Below are positions 26,493 through 39,321 of a stretch of 64,000 bases of DNA, one piece after another. The position numbers and the translations under genes were made by a program. The number at the start of each line of letters is the position of its first letter. Position 1 is the first letter of the stretch. The DNA comes from Callorhinchus milii (Eukaryota). The notes below the pieces were generated by a model that made no database searches, was not told the origin of the DNA, and saw only the letters and a list, made by a program, of their open reading frames with translations. The DNA lies in NCBI RefSeq assembly GCF_018977255.1, contig NW_024704742.1, forward strand, positions 23,190,001-23,254,000. Direction: 5' to 3'.

Positions 26493-26587
26493 TTAATGGA
26501 ACTCCAAGCAGCCAGTTGTCTACACCCAAATCCACCAAATCGTCCAGCTCCTCCCCAACCAGTCCTGGCAGCTTTCAAGCTCACAAG
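26493..26587 (+). CDS. DCLK2: DCLK2 exon, Ser/Pro-rich linker
   Basis: gtgtgcag|TTAATGGA...CACAAG|gtaaat; 95 nt; VNGTPSSQLSTPKSTKSSSSSPTSPGSFQAHK. Confidence 0.96.
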
Positions 26588-28700
26588 GTAAATTCTTCTT
26601 GTCAAATGGATTCAATTATGTTTTTGTCACTTGTGTATTTCATGCTCTTAATCTCATTTGGGACAAACCTTTCCCACCCCTCTCCTGATGAGCCTTGTAA
26701 TGCTTCAGTTTTCCATGACATGCTGTGCGTCATCTCCTACTACATATAAGAAAATCATTTCACCCACAAAATACACAGCCAATCACTTTACTGTGTCCTA
26801 TGAAGCACTTTGAGATGTCTTTGAGATGTCTCAAAGACGTGATAAGGCACTTTATTTAAAAGCAAGATTATTATTATAAAATTGGCTTTTGTTGGACTTA
26901 CATTTTTTCCCTTAGATTTTTGGCTACAGCATATCCTTGAAATACCCTTTTAAATACACATCAATTTTCCTTGATTGAATGCCTTTCAACAGCTGTGCAA
27001 GTTATACTCCTGATCCACATTGATTAAATTCCATTCCATATCACATGCACCACTTGCCTCATTGATCCTCATATCCCTGTGAGCTTGAGAAAGAGTTCCT
27101 TATGACCTTCGCATACCCATTTTAAGTTTATTTGCAGTACTCATTTTACGGCTAAACTAGTTTTCTCACAGTTGCCTTGAAATTAATACTAATCCTTCCA
27201 TTTGTTATAATGCCTTTCACATCGGGAGGATGTCCCAAAGTGTTTTACGGGATTTAGTGTAAAGTGAGTGACTGTGTAAGTGAACGTGGCAGCCCAATTG
27301 TGCACAATAATATCCCACAAACAGGCATGGAAGGAGTGACCAATTTTATTTGGAGTACTTTTGGCCAAGACTCCTGGAGAAACTCCCTTTTCTTTTCAAA
27401 TAATTCCGTGGGATCTTTAACATCCACCTAAACAGGAAGACTGGACCTTGGTTTAACGTCTCATCCATGTTTAATGTGGGGCTTGAACCCACAACCTTTT
27501 GACTCAGAGGTGAGAGTCACTGAGCCAGGCTGATACCTGTTGTTGACATATTCAAGATTTGTCACTTTCTGACTCCATGTTATGATTCCACAAAGAATTA
27601 ATAAGTACACTGCACTGTGAATGTATTCCTAGTTGCTTAATTCTGGTTCACTCCAAATACACTTCCTACAATCCACCTCCCAACACCTTCACCCAATCTT
27701 AGTCAGTGGTTATGCTTTTATAATCTGATCCGGTTCAGTCCCATAAGGTGATTAATACCTGACCTCAATAAATCTTAACACTGGTATCTACTGATGTCAG
27801 CCAGGTCTCTCCGTCACCGATCAAAGTCGGAGTCTTCACAATGGTGAAACTAGCAATACCTAAATGTGGTCCGTTATGTTTTAATATTATCTAGTATTGC
27901 AATACTTAAGTTTTAATCAGTTTTTCTTTTTTAAAACAACTTATTCAATTTGCACCAAACTGTATTAACTGATTTGCTTACAAAATGCAGTCATTCCAAT
28001 TTATAGTAAATCCTGTGAAGCACTTTGAGATGTCCTCCTGATGTGAAAGGTTCTATATCAAATGCTATTATTATTTTCTATCAAATGCGAGGATTACTAT
28101 GTATAATTTTAAATCACTTTAGTCCATAAAGAGTTAACAGATCAAAAAGTTCTCAAAAAACTAATTCTTCAAAATGTTATTGAAGATACTGCAAATTATC
28201 TGAACTTATTATAGATTGTGTCATTCCTTCTGAGAGTAACATTCCAGTGACCAAAAAGAATTATCATTGAACTGTAATCCTTAAACATGACAGCACAGGA
28301 AACAACAAACATGGTATTGATTTGGGCTGTACCTTTGTCTCCTGCTATAAACAAGACATTGTTTCAGGTGTTTATCCTGTGTCCGTATAGTTCTGGATTT
28401 GCATGCTAAGTTTAGTTTTATGTAAAAATATAAAATTGATGGTACTGTAAATGCTCGAGCAGTATGCTTAGTATTGCATATGACAAGTGCTGTGAAACAA
28501 GGCTACCATTCCATCGATAGTCAATAACATTATCTATGGGAGTTAAGGTTGAGTCTGAACAACATCTGAGGCCCTGAGATAGTCTTAACACCTCACTGTC
28601 TGACAAATGGCTTAGACACTATGAAGGGGAGGGAGGATGGAAATGTGATTAAATGCAATGTGATAAATAGCACAACACATACCGCATTCTTCCTCCATAT

Positions 28701-29447
28701 TAGGAATGTAGGAACAGGAGTATGCCATTCAGACCATTAAGCCTGTCCCACCACTTTCAAAGATCGAAATTCCACCTCCTGCCCTCTCTCCATATCCCTT
28801 GATACCTCTTGTCTGTCAAGCGTATATCGATTTGCCTTTTAAATTCTTTAACTGACTCTGCCTGTACTGCCTTCTGGGGGAGTAAATTCCACACTCCCAC
28901 CACCTGCTGCGTGAAAAAATGCTTCCTTATTTCACTTCTAAACTGTTTAGCCTCAAGTTTAAGACTATGACCTCCAGGCCTCAATTCTCCTGCTAGAGGA
29001 AACAGATGCTCACTATTCAGCCTGTCAAATCTCCTTATGATTTTATATACACCTCAACCAGATCACCCCTCTAGCTCCTGAACTCAAGAGAATAAAAATC
29101 AAGCTTTTCCATTATTTCCTCATAATTTAGATCCTTGACATCTGTAATAATTCTAGTAATCTACTGCACACGGTAAGGCTAATATATCTTTCCTAAGGTT
29201 TGGTACCCACAATACTCCAAATGGGGCCTGACCCAATGTTTTATACAGCTGTAACATCACTTCCTGACTCTTGTATTCCAGCCTCCATGTGATAAAATCC
29301 AACATTGCAATAGCCTTTTTGATAACATTCTGCACTACTTTTTAAAGATCTATGAACTGAAAACCCAGATCCTTTTGCTCATGAACCCCACTAAATGTTT
29401 GTCCATCTGGAATGCTGTCTGACTTGGCATTCTTAAATCCGAATGAA
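28701..29447 (-). mobile_element. CR1 LINE 3' portion
   Basis: ORFs GHSLKLEAKQFRSEIRKHFFTQQVVGVWNLLP and LEYKSQEVMLQLYKTL. Confidence 0.88.
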
Positions 29448-29448
29448 C

Positions 29449-29593
29449 CACAACAACAACAACAAGATTTTATTTATAGAGCGCCTTTCACGTCGGGAGG
29501 ACGTCCCAAGGAGCTGGACAGTTGGGTCGGGACCCGAGCAGGGGGGAAATGGTCAGGGTGAGGGGAGGGAAGGGAGGGAGCGAGGAGGGGTAG
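29449..29593 (-). mobile_element. L2 3' tail, 5'-truncated
   Basis: Near-exact reverse complement of 25905-26043. Confidence 0.9.
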
Positions 29594-32500
29594 ATACTTT
29601 GCCACATTAAACTGTTTTATCATTATTAGATGATTGAACCATACTTCTCTTTAGTTGGAAGCAATCATTATTGAACAGAAAGAGATCCGTGAATAGTTAC
29701 ATCACAGTCTGTTTACTAAAAGGTCCTAGTGCATGTAGCAACCTAGAATCACAGAAACTGCAGTGTGGAGAAGGCCAATCGACCCATGGAGTGTAAACTG
29801 GAGGCATCTATTCTAATGGCTCTGCTGTTCCCTATGATATTGTTCTGCTTCAAATATTTATCTAATTCCCTTTTAAATGTTGTTCTGATTTGTGGTTTAA
29901 TGATCTGTGCCCCTCATGGTGAAAACTCCTGGAAAGCTTAGTGCAACCAGAGTTAGAAGGTCCTATTTTTGGGGCCATAATACTACAAAACAGTGGCTGG
30001 CAAAGCATGGAAGGAGAGGCTGTTAGTTGTCCTCCCTCCCTCACTATGGACAGTGTACAGTATGCCTTATCATTGGCACCACCCAACCTATTTACATTAT
30101 GCAAGACTTCTCTCAATTTCCCAACCTCCAGATATTTGAGGGAAACCTCCTGGAGATTAATCTAATCTACAGCCTACACACTTCATCAGTGACTGGTTGC
30201 TCTCCACACAAGGTCCCAGCAGCACAGAAGCTGCAGCGTCCCTTGGAGCATGTGACTGTCTCACTCAATTATTCTACAACCTTCAATCAGGTCTCATCCA
30301 GTTCCTTTTATCAAAAACAAGTTAATCAACGCACTATTAATTGATTTTGCTGGGAGTATATTCCGCATAACCTCCTGTGCTGAAAGTCTGCCCGCCTGTA
30401 TGACTATGACCAATCTGTGCTGGTGGTTGGGGGGGTTTGGGAAGCAGAATTCTTCTAATCGCTAGTCTTGCTTCAGGCCTGTTATATTAACATTTGTGTC
30501 CTCTAGTTCAATGCTTTCTTTGTTCAGGAGTGTTGTAAGAATAATGAAGGGAGGGGTTCCTTGTTGCAGGTATAATTCAGGTTTGTTTCAATGTAGCAAA
30601 GGTTTGCTGCTGTCCTGGTCACTATGCTCTGCTGTTTCCAAGCCTACAGGCTGGACAAACAAAATGGCCTATTAGGACGACAGTAACCTAGAAAAAGGAG
30701 GACGCCATTGAGCCTGTGCTGACTTGATCTTACTACAGAGGTGTCCTGCTTTCCATTATCAGACTACCATTAAAGAAAGACCTTCAAAAAGGTGCTAAGG
30801 CGTTCACATTGCACAGCACGACAGGTTATTTAATGGGTGGATAACCTTACTAGAATCTTATGAGACTGTGTTATAGTTATAAGAACTCATATGATTGTAA
30901 GGAAGAGAAACAGAAGTACCATGGCCAGATTGCTGGTGGGGGAGGGGGATAGTAAGAAAGAAGGTAGTGTTTCTCCCATACTCTGCTGATGCACATCTCC
31001 AAAACTGGTTACCTGAGCAACCACTGCACCATCTTAACCTTCCCCAGTTAAGGGGAACAGATAAAGAACTGAACTGAGGAATCACTTTAGAGGATTTACT
31101 ACAAAGCGGAGTAAAGTGTAGTGACTGTGAATTTTTTAGGCACCGTGGCAGCCAATTTGTGCGCAGCAATGGCCCACATACAGCCAATGCAGTGAGTGAG
31201 TGACCAAATAATTATTAATATTTGTTTATAAATGAATGATTGAAACCTTTGAGATATATTCCAAGCCTCTGCTTCTGATGCTGCCCATTTTTTGTATATT
31301 TTTTGCTTCACACATCCTAATTGAGGGATGGAGAGAAAAGCTGAACAACAGACTGACACACAACACCTTTGACATTCCTGGCATTACCATTTACTAGTAA
31401 TGATATCAGTATTTTTTTATTAGCCTTTGCCCGAAAAATTTTGGTCCATTTTCTCACCTGCTCTCTGCAGAAGGTGTTGAACTCCTTTGTCCTTTTATTG
31501 GGTTACCAAGGATCTTCCACGTCTGAGCCTGTCTTTCCCAACTTTCCAACCATGTATCTCCTTATCGGTCTGATCTCCTCCTACCCCACTCCACTGCTCA
31601 TCCCCTCTGCTCCGCTAACTTGGGCTTGCTGCTCATCCATAGCTTCAAAGCTTCAGGCCAAAGCTTCAGATTCTACACCCCAAACTTCTGGAGCTCCTGG
31701 CCTCTACCTCTCCATCACACCCCTTCTTTGTGTGCTTTGTAAGTCCCACCTTAAAACAACCCTCTTCAACGCACCTATTGCCACCTTCCCCTCCCCTCTG
31801 TGACCAAATAAAATTGTTCACACACTGTTGTGGGACATTGATGTGCACAACTTGGTTGCCATATTCGCCCAGAGAATACACACACTGTTCCACTTTACAG
31901 TAAATCCTATGAGATGTGAGAATGGGGGTGATGCGTTCAATACTTTAGATCCTTTTCTGTTATCTCAAGACTAGCCTTTATTGCTGCTCATTCACTGCTG
32001 TCTGGCTCCTGATTTCCATTTAATCGCGGACTGTGAGATGAGGGCTGTGATGCTGTCAGTGAGGTGTCTCTGCATGACAGATTTTAATTATCGCTTTAGT
32101 GTAAGAAATGCTAAAATCTTTAATTAAATGTGAGAATAAGGGAAACATTTAGACAAGCTCCACATCAGACGTTCCTGACACATCTAATGAAACACTCCCC
32201 AAGTTCCCACCTGGAGGTTTAAGAGTAGATTTGAAATTATGGAGACGGATGAGTCCAGTGTTCCTAATTTTTCTGTAAACAGTTTCTCCACAGCCATCCT
32301 AGCAGAGGACAGGCTGACACTTTGTGTTGATTTCAAGCTGGGATAGAAGCAGGCAAGCTTGATGAACTCCTGCTGAAATAATAATTATTTCAATTGATGA
32401 TATAACGGCTAGAACATTGAAACATCTCAAAGTGATTCACATGAAATTGCTGTCACGTGTACTGACTGAATATTTGAGGCAAACTTAGCAGTTAATATGC

Positions 32501-33352
32501 ACACTGCAATGAGGTGAATGCCCCACCCTCTGAAGCTCCTTTTCTCACCCTCTTCATTTGCCCCTCTCTATCCCTTTAACAAACTACCGCTTTAACCCAC
32601 CATCACCTCCCGCCTCGGAGTCTCTGTAAAGTAATAATAATAATAATAATCCTTGCATTTGATTCAAAGTGTTGTTGTTGTTGAATGATCTGGAGGATTG
32701 TTGGTCAGGCCACATCCAAAGCGTTGCCTTTACTGCAGTGCAGCACTGCCCCAGCACCTCATTGAAATGTCAGCCCACACTATGAGCTCAAGTCCTTGCT
32801 TGGGGCTTAGACTCACAAACTTTAAGCCCAGACATGAGAGCATTGCCAAGTGAGTCAGGCTGACACACTGGAACAGAAGCAACTGCGTGCTTTTTAAGTG
32901 AGATGGAAATGGGCAGCTTGACTTCTACTATACCATCTTTGAAAGCTGTTTTAGTGCTGCCAAGGCAAATGCGTGGACATTCAGTGCACATGTTTCAAGC
33001 TGTGCCAAGATTCGTCGATTAAATAACTCCTCCGTTCATTTCTGTCATTTCCTCATGTTTTTTCTATAAAAACATACGATGGAGATCACTTGTGTTCACA
33101 CGTGCCCTTTGAAAAGAATGCATATATATATATATAATATGAATAAGAAGTGGGCAGCTAGCAAAGCTGAAAGCCAGTGTTCACTGGGCTAAGGGTCTTA
33201 TTTACTGTCCCGAGTCTCAGTGAATCAATGCAAAAATACCCACATATATCATCTGCAAACAAGATTCTCAGTAAATTTCTATAGTTAAACCTTTCAGAGT
33301 GGAATGAAAGAAATTACGGAAATGAAGTGCATGTTCTGATTCACAAGCTCCT

Positions 33353-34414
33353 GGGATTGAGTGTAATCTTGCTGTGTTTTGGATTGGGATGTAAGAACAT
33401 CAGGAGGATCCCACAAGGATTAAGGAAGTGGCTCTGTCTGACCGCCAGTCAATTATCCTTTGAAGCTGCAGCTCAGCCACTGTTAAACTGGGACGCTTTA
33501 AACAAAAGTGTTGCTACTTTTCAGATTACTAGGGACTTTTTTGCAATGCTGATTGGGCTTTAAAACCAATGCAAAACGAGTATTTCCTACTGAGATTTTG
33601 CCTTGCAAACATGAATGCGATTTAAACTCTAGGTGAACTCTTACGCAAGAGCTGAAATGCAAGTCCTGTGTGAACAGACAGATCAGTTCAATTTCAAGTT
33701 GTACAAATTCACCTCCACTGTACTTGGGCCTTCATCTGTAGCTGTCCTGGAGCTAGGGGAAAGCCCTTCAGTCCCAAGTTATGAGGTGATAGGACACTGT
33801 GTGCCTCAGTACAATTTTTTTCAAACAAAGATTTTGGTGTGTCCCAGATATAAATGCCAGGGAAATAAATGGGTTGTGACGGTAAAAAAAGCTGCTATCT
33901 TCCTGTGTTGCAACAACAACAACAAAATTACATTTGTCTGGTGCCTTTCACATCAGGAGGATGCCCCAAGGCACTGGACAATCAATGTTTCAGACCCAAG
34001 CTAGGAGTCGGGGAGGGTGGCGGGCAGGTTACCAAGGATGGTAACCGAAGGCACGGTTGAAGTGGAGGATCTTGAGATGGGTCTTGAAGGAGGAAAAAGA
34101 GGGGGCAAAGCGGAGGGACTCCAGGATGGAGTTCCAGAGGGTGGGGGCAGATTGGCAGAAGGCTAGAAATTATAACATAGAAGGAATCTTATGCTGGTAT
34201 TAGCTCCAACATTGGAGCTCCATAGTCGAATACCAACTCATTTCCTGTGTTGTTTTAGATTGCTTCCCCTCAAATAATGATCCAGTATAGAAATTAGTAA
34301 AGGTTTGACTCACGCTTTTCAAAGACCAGACAGAGCCACTTCATTAATCCTTGTGGGATCCCCCTGATGTTCTTACACCCCAATCCAAAACGCAGCAAGA
34401 TTACACTCAATCCC
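33353..34414. repeat. 88-bp inverted repeat (33353-33440 / 34327-34414)
   Basis: Arms are reverse complements with 4 mismatches by manual alignment. Confidence 0.92.
33910..34165 (-). mobile_element. L2 3' fragment
   Basis: (CAA)n tail, gcctttcacatcaggaggatgcccc stem, G-rich UTR complement. Confidence 0.8.
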
Positions 34415-36152
34415 TTCCATGTGACAGTGGCTGACACTGTATTGCACAGTGTGTGCTGTTACTTCCGATCCAGTCCTGCTATCATTCTCACTAAAATTAT
34501 TGGTAACTCAATTTCAGTGTTTACCAAAGCCTTCAAAAGGGATATAGTGATAATGAGATTTAACGCTCTTGTTATCAGGAGAGTGGCACAGAATTGAACT
34601 GTCTTCATAAGAGAAAAGATCCAGGTCTATCAAAAGCTGAGAGACACAGATAATCTGGAGATAAGCAGATAACTATGATCTCACTTGGTGGACCCAGGTA
34701 CCGAGCTAACAAGCCTTAAGCAAGATTGGATACTGGAAGTAGTTTACCCAGTGAATAGTAATCTTGGGGAATGAATTGTCATCAAGAGTTTCCAATACTA
34801 TGTCAATTTGTTCCTTTAAGTAGTAGCTGGATCAATAGATAGGTTGTATTCTTGTAGCGAAAAAAAATCAAGCAAGACCATACAGGTTATGATAGTCCAC
34901 ATTAATAAGACAGACATTTGGCGGTTTTTCATTCATTTTACGTTCCTCAGATTGAACCCTTTGAATACGCTCTGCTCTATTAGCATTTCTCAAAATAAAC
35001 ATAACGAATAAAACCAGTTTCTATATCTCTCTGCTTATTGAGTAGCAGCAGTGTGAAGTTTTTCTGTGTTCATTTACACTTAGAGCTGTCTTAGGGTTGT
35101 GATTATGGCCATAGGTTACTGTCAGATTTTCACATTTAAACCCAATCGAAGACTGATATTTTTTTCCAGATTCAGGTTGTTTTAGAAGTGGTGTAGAATT
35201 GTTGGTGGGCTATGGGGGACTCGAGCTTTAAAGAAGAAAATGTGGTACTAAAAAGATAGTACATGTCAGTGGGTTGCTTACAGGCAGAGTATTGGGGTAC
35301 ACAGATTCATTGATCATTCTTCTGCTGCTATAATTCCAACCACCAACAAATTTAATGTGGGTGTCACTCCAAACCCATCCCTCTCCTCAACTACACAACT
35401 ACATTTTGTCGATGGTAATGTTCGGGGCTCAGTTGGTAGCACTTCCCTCTAAGTCAGAAGGTAGTGGGCTCAAGCCCCATTTGGGGACTCACAACTCACT
35501 GTCTGAGCTGGTAGTTTATTATTACGATTATTATTATTATTATTAATATGGTGTTGGGTGATTACGTCTCCCATAAGAAATTAAACCGAGGTTCCGCCTG
35601 CCTTTGCAGATGGACATTAAAGATCCCATGACTTTATTTAAAAAGAGAAATGGAGTTTCTCCCAGGGAACCTGGCCAACAATCACCCCAGGTAAAATCGG
35701 TCATTCACTTCACATTGTTTGTGGGTCATTCATGTGTGTAACTTGGTTGCTGTGTTCGCCCACAAAATAGCCACAGTCTTATCACTTTATAATAAATCCT
35801 ATGAAGTGCCAAAAGATGTGAGAAGGTGCCGTGTGTTGCATCCTTTTCTACTATCTCAGACTGATGCCTATATTGCTGCTCGTTCATTGTTTGTCACATT
35901 AGGAGAATGTCTCAAAGGGATTCACATGGCCGGCTGGGCACCCGAGCTGGGTACAACCTTTTGAATTAGGTCATGTTTGGATCTCCTTTAATCCAGAATG
36001 GACAAATTTGACCTCTTGTTTCCATTTGGTTTACAGCTCATCACTGTTGCAATCCTATCTCCAGCACCATCCCTGCTGAGTTTCTACTCTAATTGACATG
36101 ACTCTTCGAAGCTCTTTAACTATATGATGTTTTGATGATTGTTATCTTCTAG

Positions 36153-36225
36153 GTTCCTTACCATGTAAGTTTGTCCACCAATGTGAACGGGGTCCCTGAG
36201 CAAACCAACGGCCTCAGCCCAGAAG
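36153..36225 (+). CDS. DCLK2: DCLK2 exon, linker before kinase domain
   Basis: atcttctag|GTT...GAAG|gtaag; 73 nt, phase 0-1; VPYHVSLSTNVNGVPEQTNGLSPE; joins its neighbours in frame. Confidence 0.9.
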
Positions 36226-37489
36226 GTAAGGGAATTTGCTTTATTTGACTTTAATAGATGGTTCCTGTGTCTGTGATGCTGTTACTTATTTTTGTTAGCA
36301 GAAAAANTCTTGTTATGCGATCATTAAAGTCCTTTCAACAGAAATACAGTAAACTCCTGATATATCGTCACTCCAAGGGAAAAGATCTCAGTGACTCTAC
36401 ATCTGGGGCGACTATGTAGGCATGAGGCCTCTGGGGCCATTAGGGTGCGCTGTGGCTGGGAGGACCTACATCAACATACTCTGAGCCTGCCCAGAGCGGG
36501 CAGCTATCACTGTGACACAACGGCCCCATCCCTACTCCTGTCAGTTTATTAAAACTCATTTAAGCACAGTATAAGTTTATGTATAGGCATATGTGTCTAT
36601 AAATGGCCTTATTTTGTTTCCTATCAATTATTTCTGTGACTGTTTTGGAAACTGTGCACTTCTCAGGATATGTACTGTATTTGATGCATTAAAGAACAAT
36701 GATACCATATTTGCAGGTTGTATCTCAAAACTAAACATCTTTATGTATTAAACAATTTGCATACAACAATACACACCGTACTGTGTTTTCAACACGGTAA
36801 AACATGTCAGACAGACAGATATCACTCACCCATCCTACACATGCAGCAGTTTCCCTCCCCAACTTAAGGTACTGTGTGTCACACAAGAGCACAGGTTCAC
36901 CGGGTGAGTTTAAACCATCTTGCCACTCTGTCATTCTAGCAATACAATTAAAACAATACTACTGAAACCCACAAAACAATTGCAAATCAAAAATTTTAAA
37001 AAGTAGCTCACAAAAAGCTGTAATGATCTCAATGTTCTTGGGAAAAATAACCCATGGTAGTCAGATTCAGATAGTCGACATCTCATCGAGAGAGTTCGCT
37101 CTTGTGACTGAGCTGTGTGGGATGTATAGAATGTGACTTTATAGGTTGTAAGCAAGTGATGAAATAAAGGTGTGTGCGTGTGGGGGGGGGGGGGGGGGGG
37201 TGGGTTGCCGATCTTTCTGGAGTCACGTACGTGCTCAAGGCAGAGAAATCTTAGTGAGTATCATCACGAACATTTTAAAACCTTTGCTGCAATGGCATCT
37301 CTGTACCAGCATCCCTTGAGTGCTTGTGTGAAGGGGGAGGGGAGTAGTCGGAGAGGGGGTGTCAAAGCAAATCCTCCTGGAAAAGAAGCTGGGAATACCA
37401 GAGGGAGAACCAGTTCAAGAGCAGCACCGACTCTGGTCTGGAAGATGCAGACCTGGAGTATTAGGCAGGGCATAGCTCAGAAGGCTATG

Positions 37490-37793
37490 GCCTGCTCCTT
37501 GTCCTCCGCCTGGCCCGCTCCACCATTGGTGTTCGTGCTTTCGACATCTCTGCCCCCACACTTTGGAACTCCATCCCACAGACCCTTTGCTTCGCCCCCT
37601 CCCTTGCCTCCTTCAAGAAAAATCTCAAGACCCTCCTCTTAGACCGCACCTTGGGTCACCCGCCTACCCCTACCCTCCCCGCCCTCCACCTCTCCTGATC
37701 CCAACCATCAGCTCGGGTCCAAATCCCTGACTGTCCACCGCCTTAGTCCGTCCTCCCGAAGTGAAAGGCGCTATACAAATGTAATTTGTTGTG
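37490..37793 (+). mobile_element. L2 3' fragment
   Basis: tggaactccatccc..aagaccctcctctt..gtgaaaggcgctatacaaatgtaatttgttgt. Confidence 0.85.
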
Positions 37794-38141
37794 AAGGTAC
37801 TAAAAATCGGGCAAGACTCATAGTCAGAGAATAGAAGAAGGTTTTAACTAATATTAAAGAAATGATACTTTGAAGAACCAGGAATGAATGAGTTTAATCT
37901 GCCTTGAGCTGGTGTGGAATTATGGCTTATTACTAAGAGGTAAAATAGCTACAATTTACAGTCATTTTTGTCAAATAAAAATCAGTTCTGTGTGTAATGA
38001 TGAGATGAACTTAGGCCCATTTATTTAATAAACACATCCTGATAAGCAGAGTTTGTGGCTGGCCAGTGAGGGCGGTGCAGGAATACTCAGTGGGTAGAAG
38101 ACTGGGAAAGGTGACGTGGATTTTCTTGATTCTTCTCCCAG

Positions 38142-38250
38142 GGCTGAATGGAAATCGATCCTTTTCAGCTTCAACCATCCTCGACAAATACAAAATCGGG
38201 AAGGTGATTGGAGATGGGAATTTTGCTGTTGTTAAGGAGTGTATGGAGCG
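38142..38250 (+). CDS. DCLK2: DCLK2 exon, kinase Gly-rich loop
   Basis: tctcccag|GG...GAGCG|gtaagt; 109 nt; [37 protein letters not shown]. Confidence 0.97.
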
Positions 38251-39321
38251 GTAAGTCAGCGTTTCATCATTAACCTATGCCTCCCTTTTACTTCTGCTAC
38301 AATAGATCCTTTCCAATGTGATTCATTTCAGAGCTAAAGCTGCTCCATATCCTTACACTAATAGTTTTAACGTACCAGAGAGAGTGGCGAATATGCAACA
38401 ATGGCATCTAAAATGCACCCTATTAAAATTCACAAAGGGATTGCGTTAGGAACAGTTTGCTGTAACCTTATGTGATGTGCCCTAACAGGGCAACAGGGGG
38501 CACTATTTGTGATTTCCTCTTGAAAATATTTCCATCCCCAATCGGGTAGGTTTTGCGTGGTTTGTGAAAGGATTGAATATGACAAGCCAAGTGACCTCTC
38601 TCGTTCACATTTTCTTTCGTTCTTAGGATGTAAACAGAAGGTGGTCACACCAATGATGGTGCTTTTGCTGAATCTTTTGTTCATGAAGCAGAACAAGAGA
38701 AGAGTTTTTGTGTCACACTGCACACTGCCTCCTCCGCCTTATCTCCTATTTCATTGTTTCAGTTCAAAAGCTTCCTGCTGATTTGAAAAAGGTTGCCCAC
38801 TTTCTGGCGAGGTCACTGGCTGTGCGGTGTCATATTTAGCACAATGTGAGGCTTTAAGCTTTGTTCTTTCTGAAAAGGGGTTTGCAGATCTCCCGAAAGC
38901 TTTGTCTGCAAGACAGTGATAAGAAATTCAGCTTAGCTCAGCATTGATAAGAAGAGACTTCACAAATGTGCTGCACACTTGAGATCAACTTGATGTACAA
39001 TGAGGGGATAAGGTCAAGCTCCACTGGTTCCCCATCACCGAACGGATCGATTTCAAGATCCTCACACTTGTGTTCAAATTCCTCCACTCCCTGGCACCTC
39101 CCAATCTCTCCAACTTCCTCACTCCCAAATCCACCACCCGGCACCTTCGTTCAGCTGGCACTGGCCTCCTGCTTGTCCCTCACGCCCTCCGCTCCACCAT
39201 TGGAGGTTGCACTTTCAGCCACTACGCCCCGAAACTGGTAAATTGTTTTACCAGCATTTCTTCACTCTCTCTATCTCCTGGAAGGTGTTGGGTCATGCTA
39301 GGTTACAGTTCCCCAAATATG

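Noticed and set aside
37182..37200. G19 homopolymer; also a single N at 36307
   Set aside because: Simple repeat or sequencing/assembly feature with no supporting context
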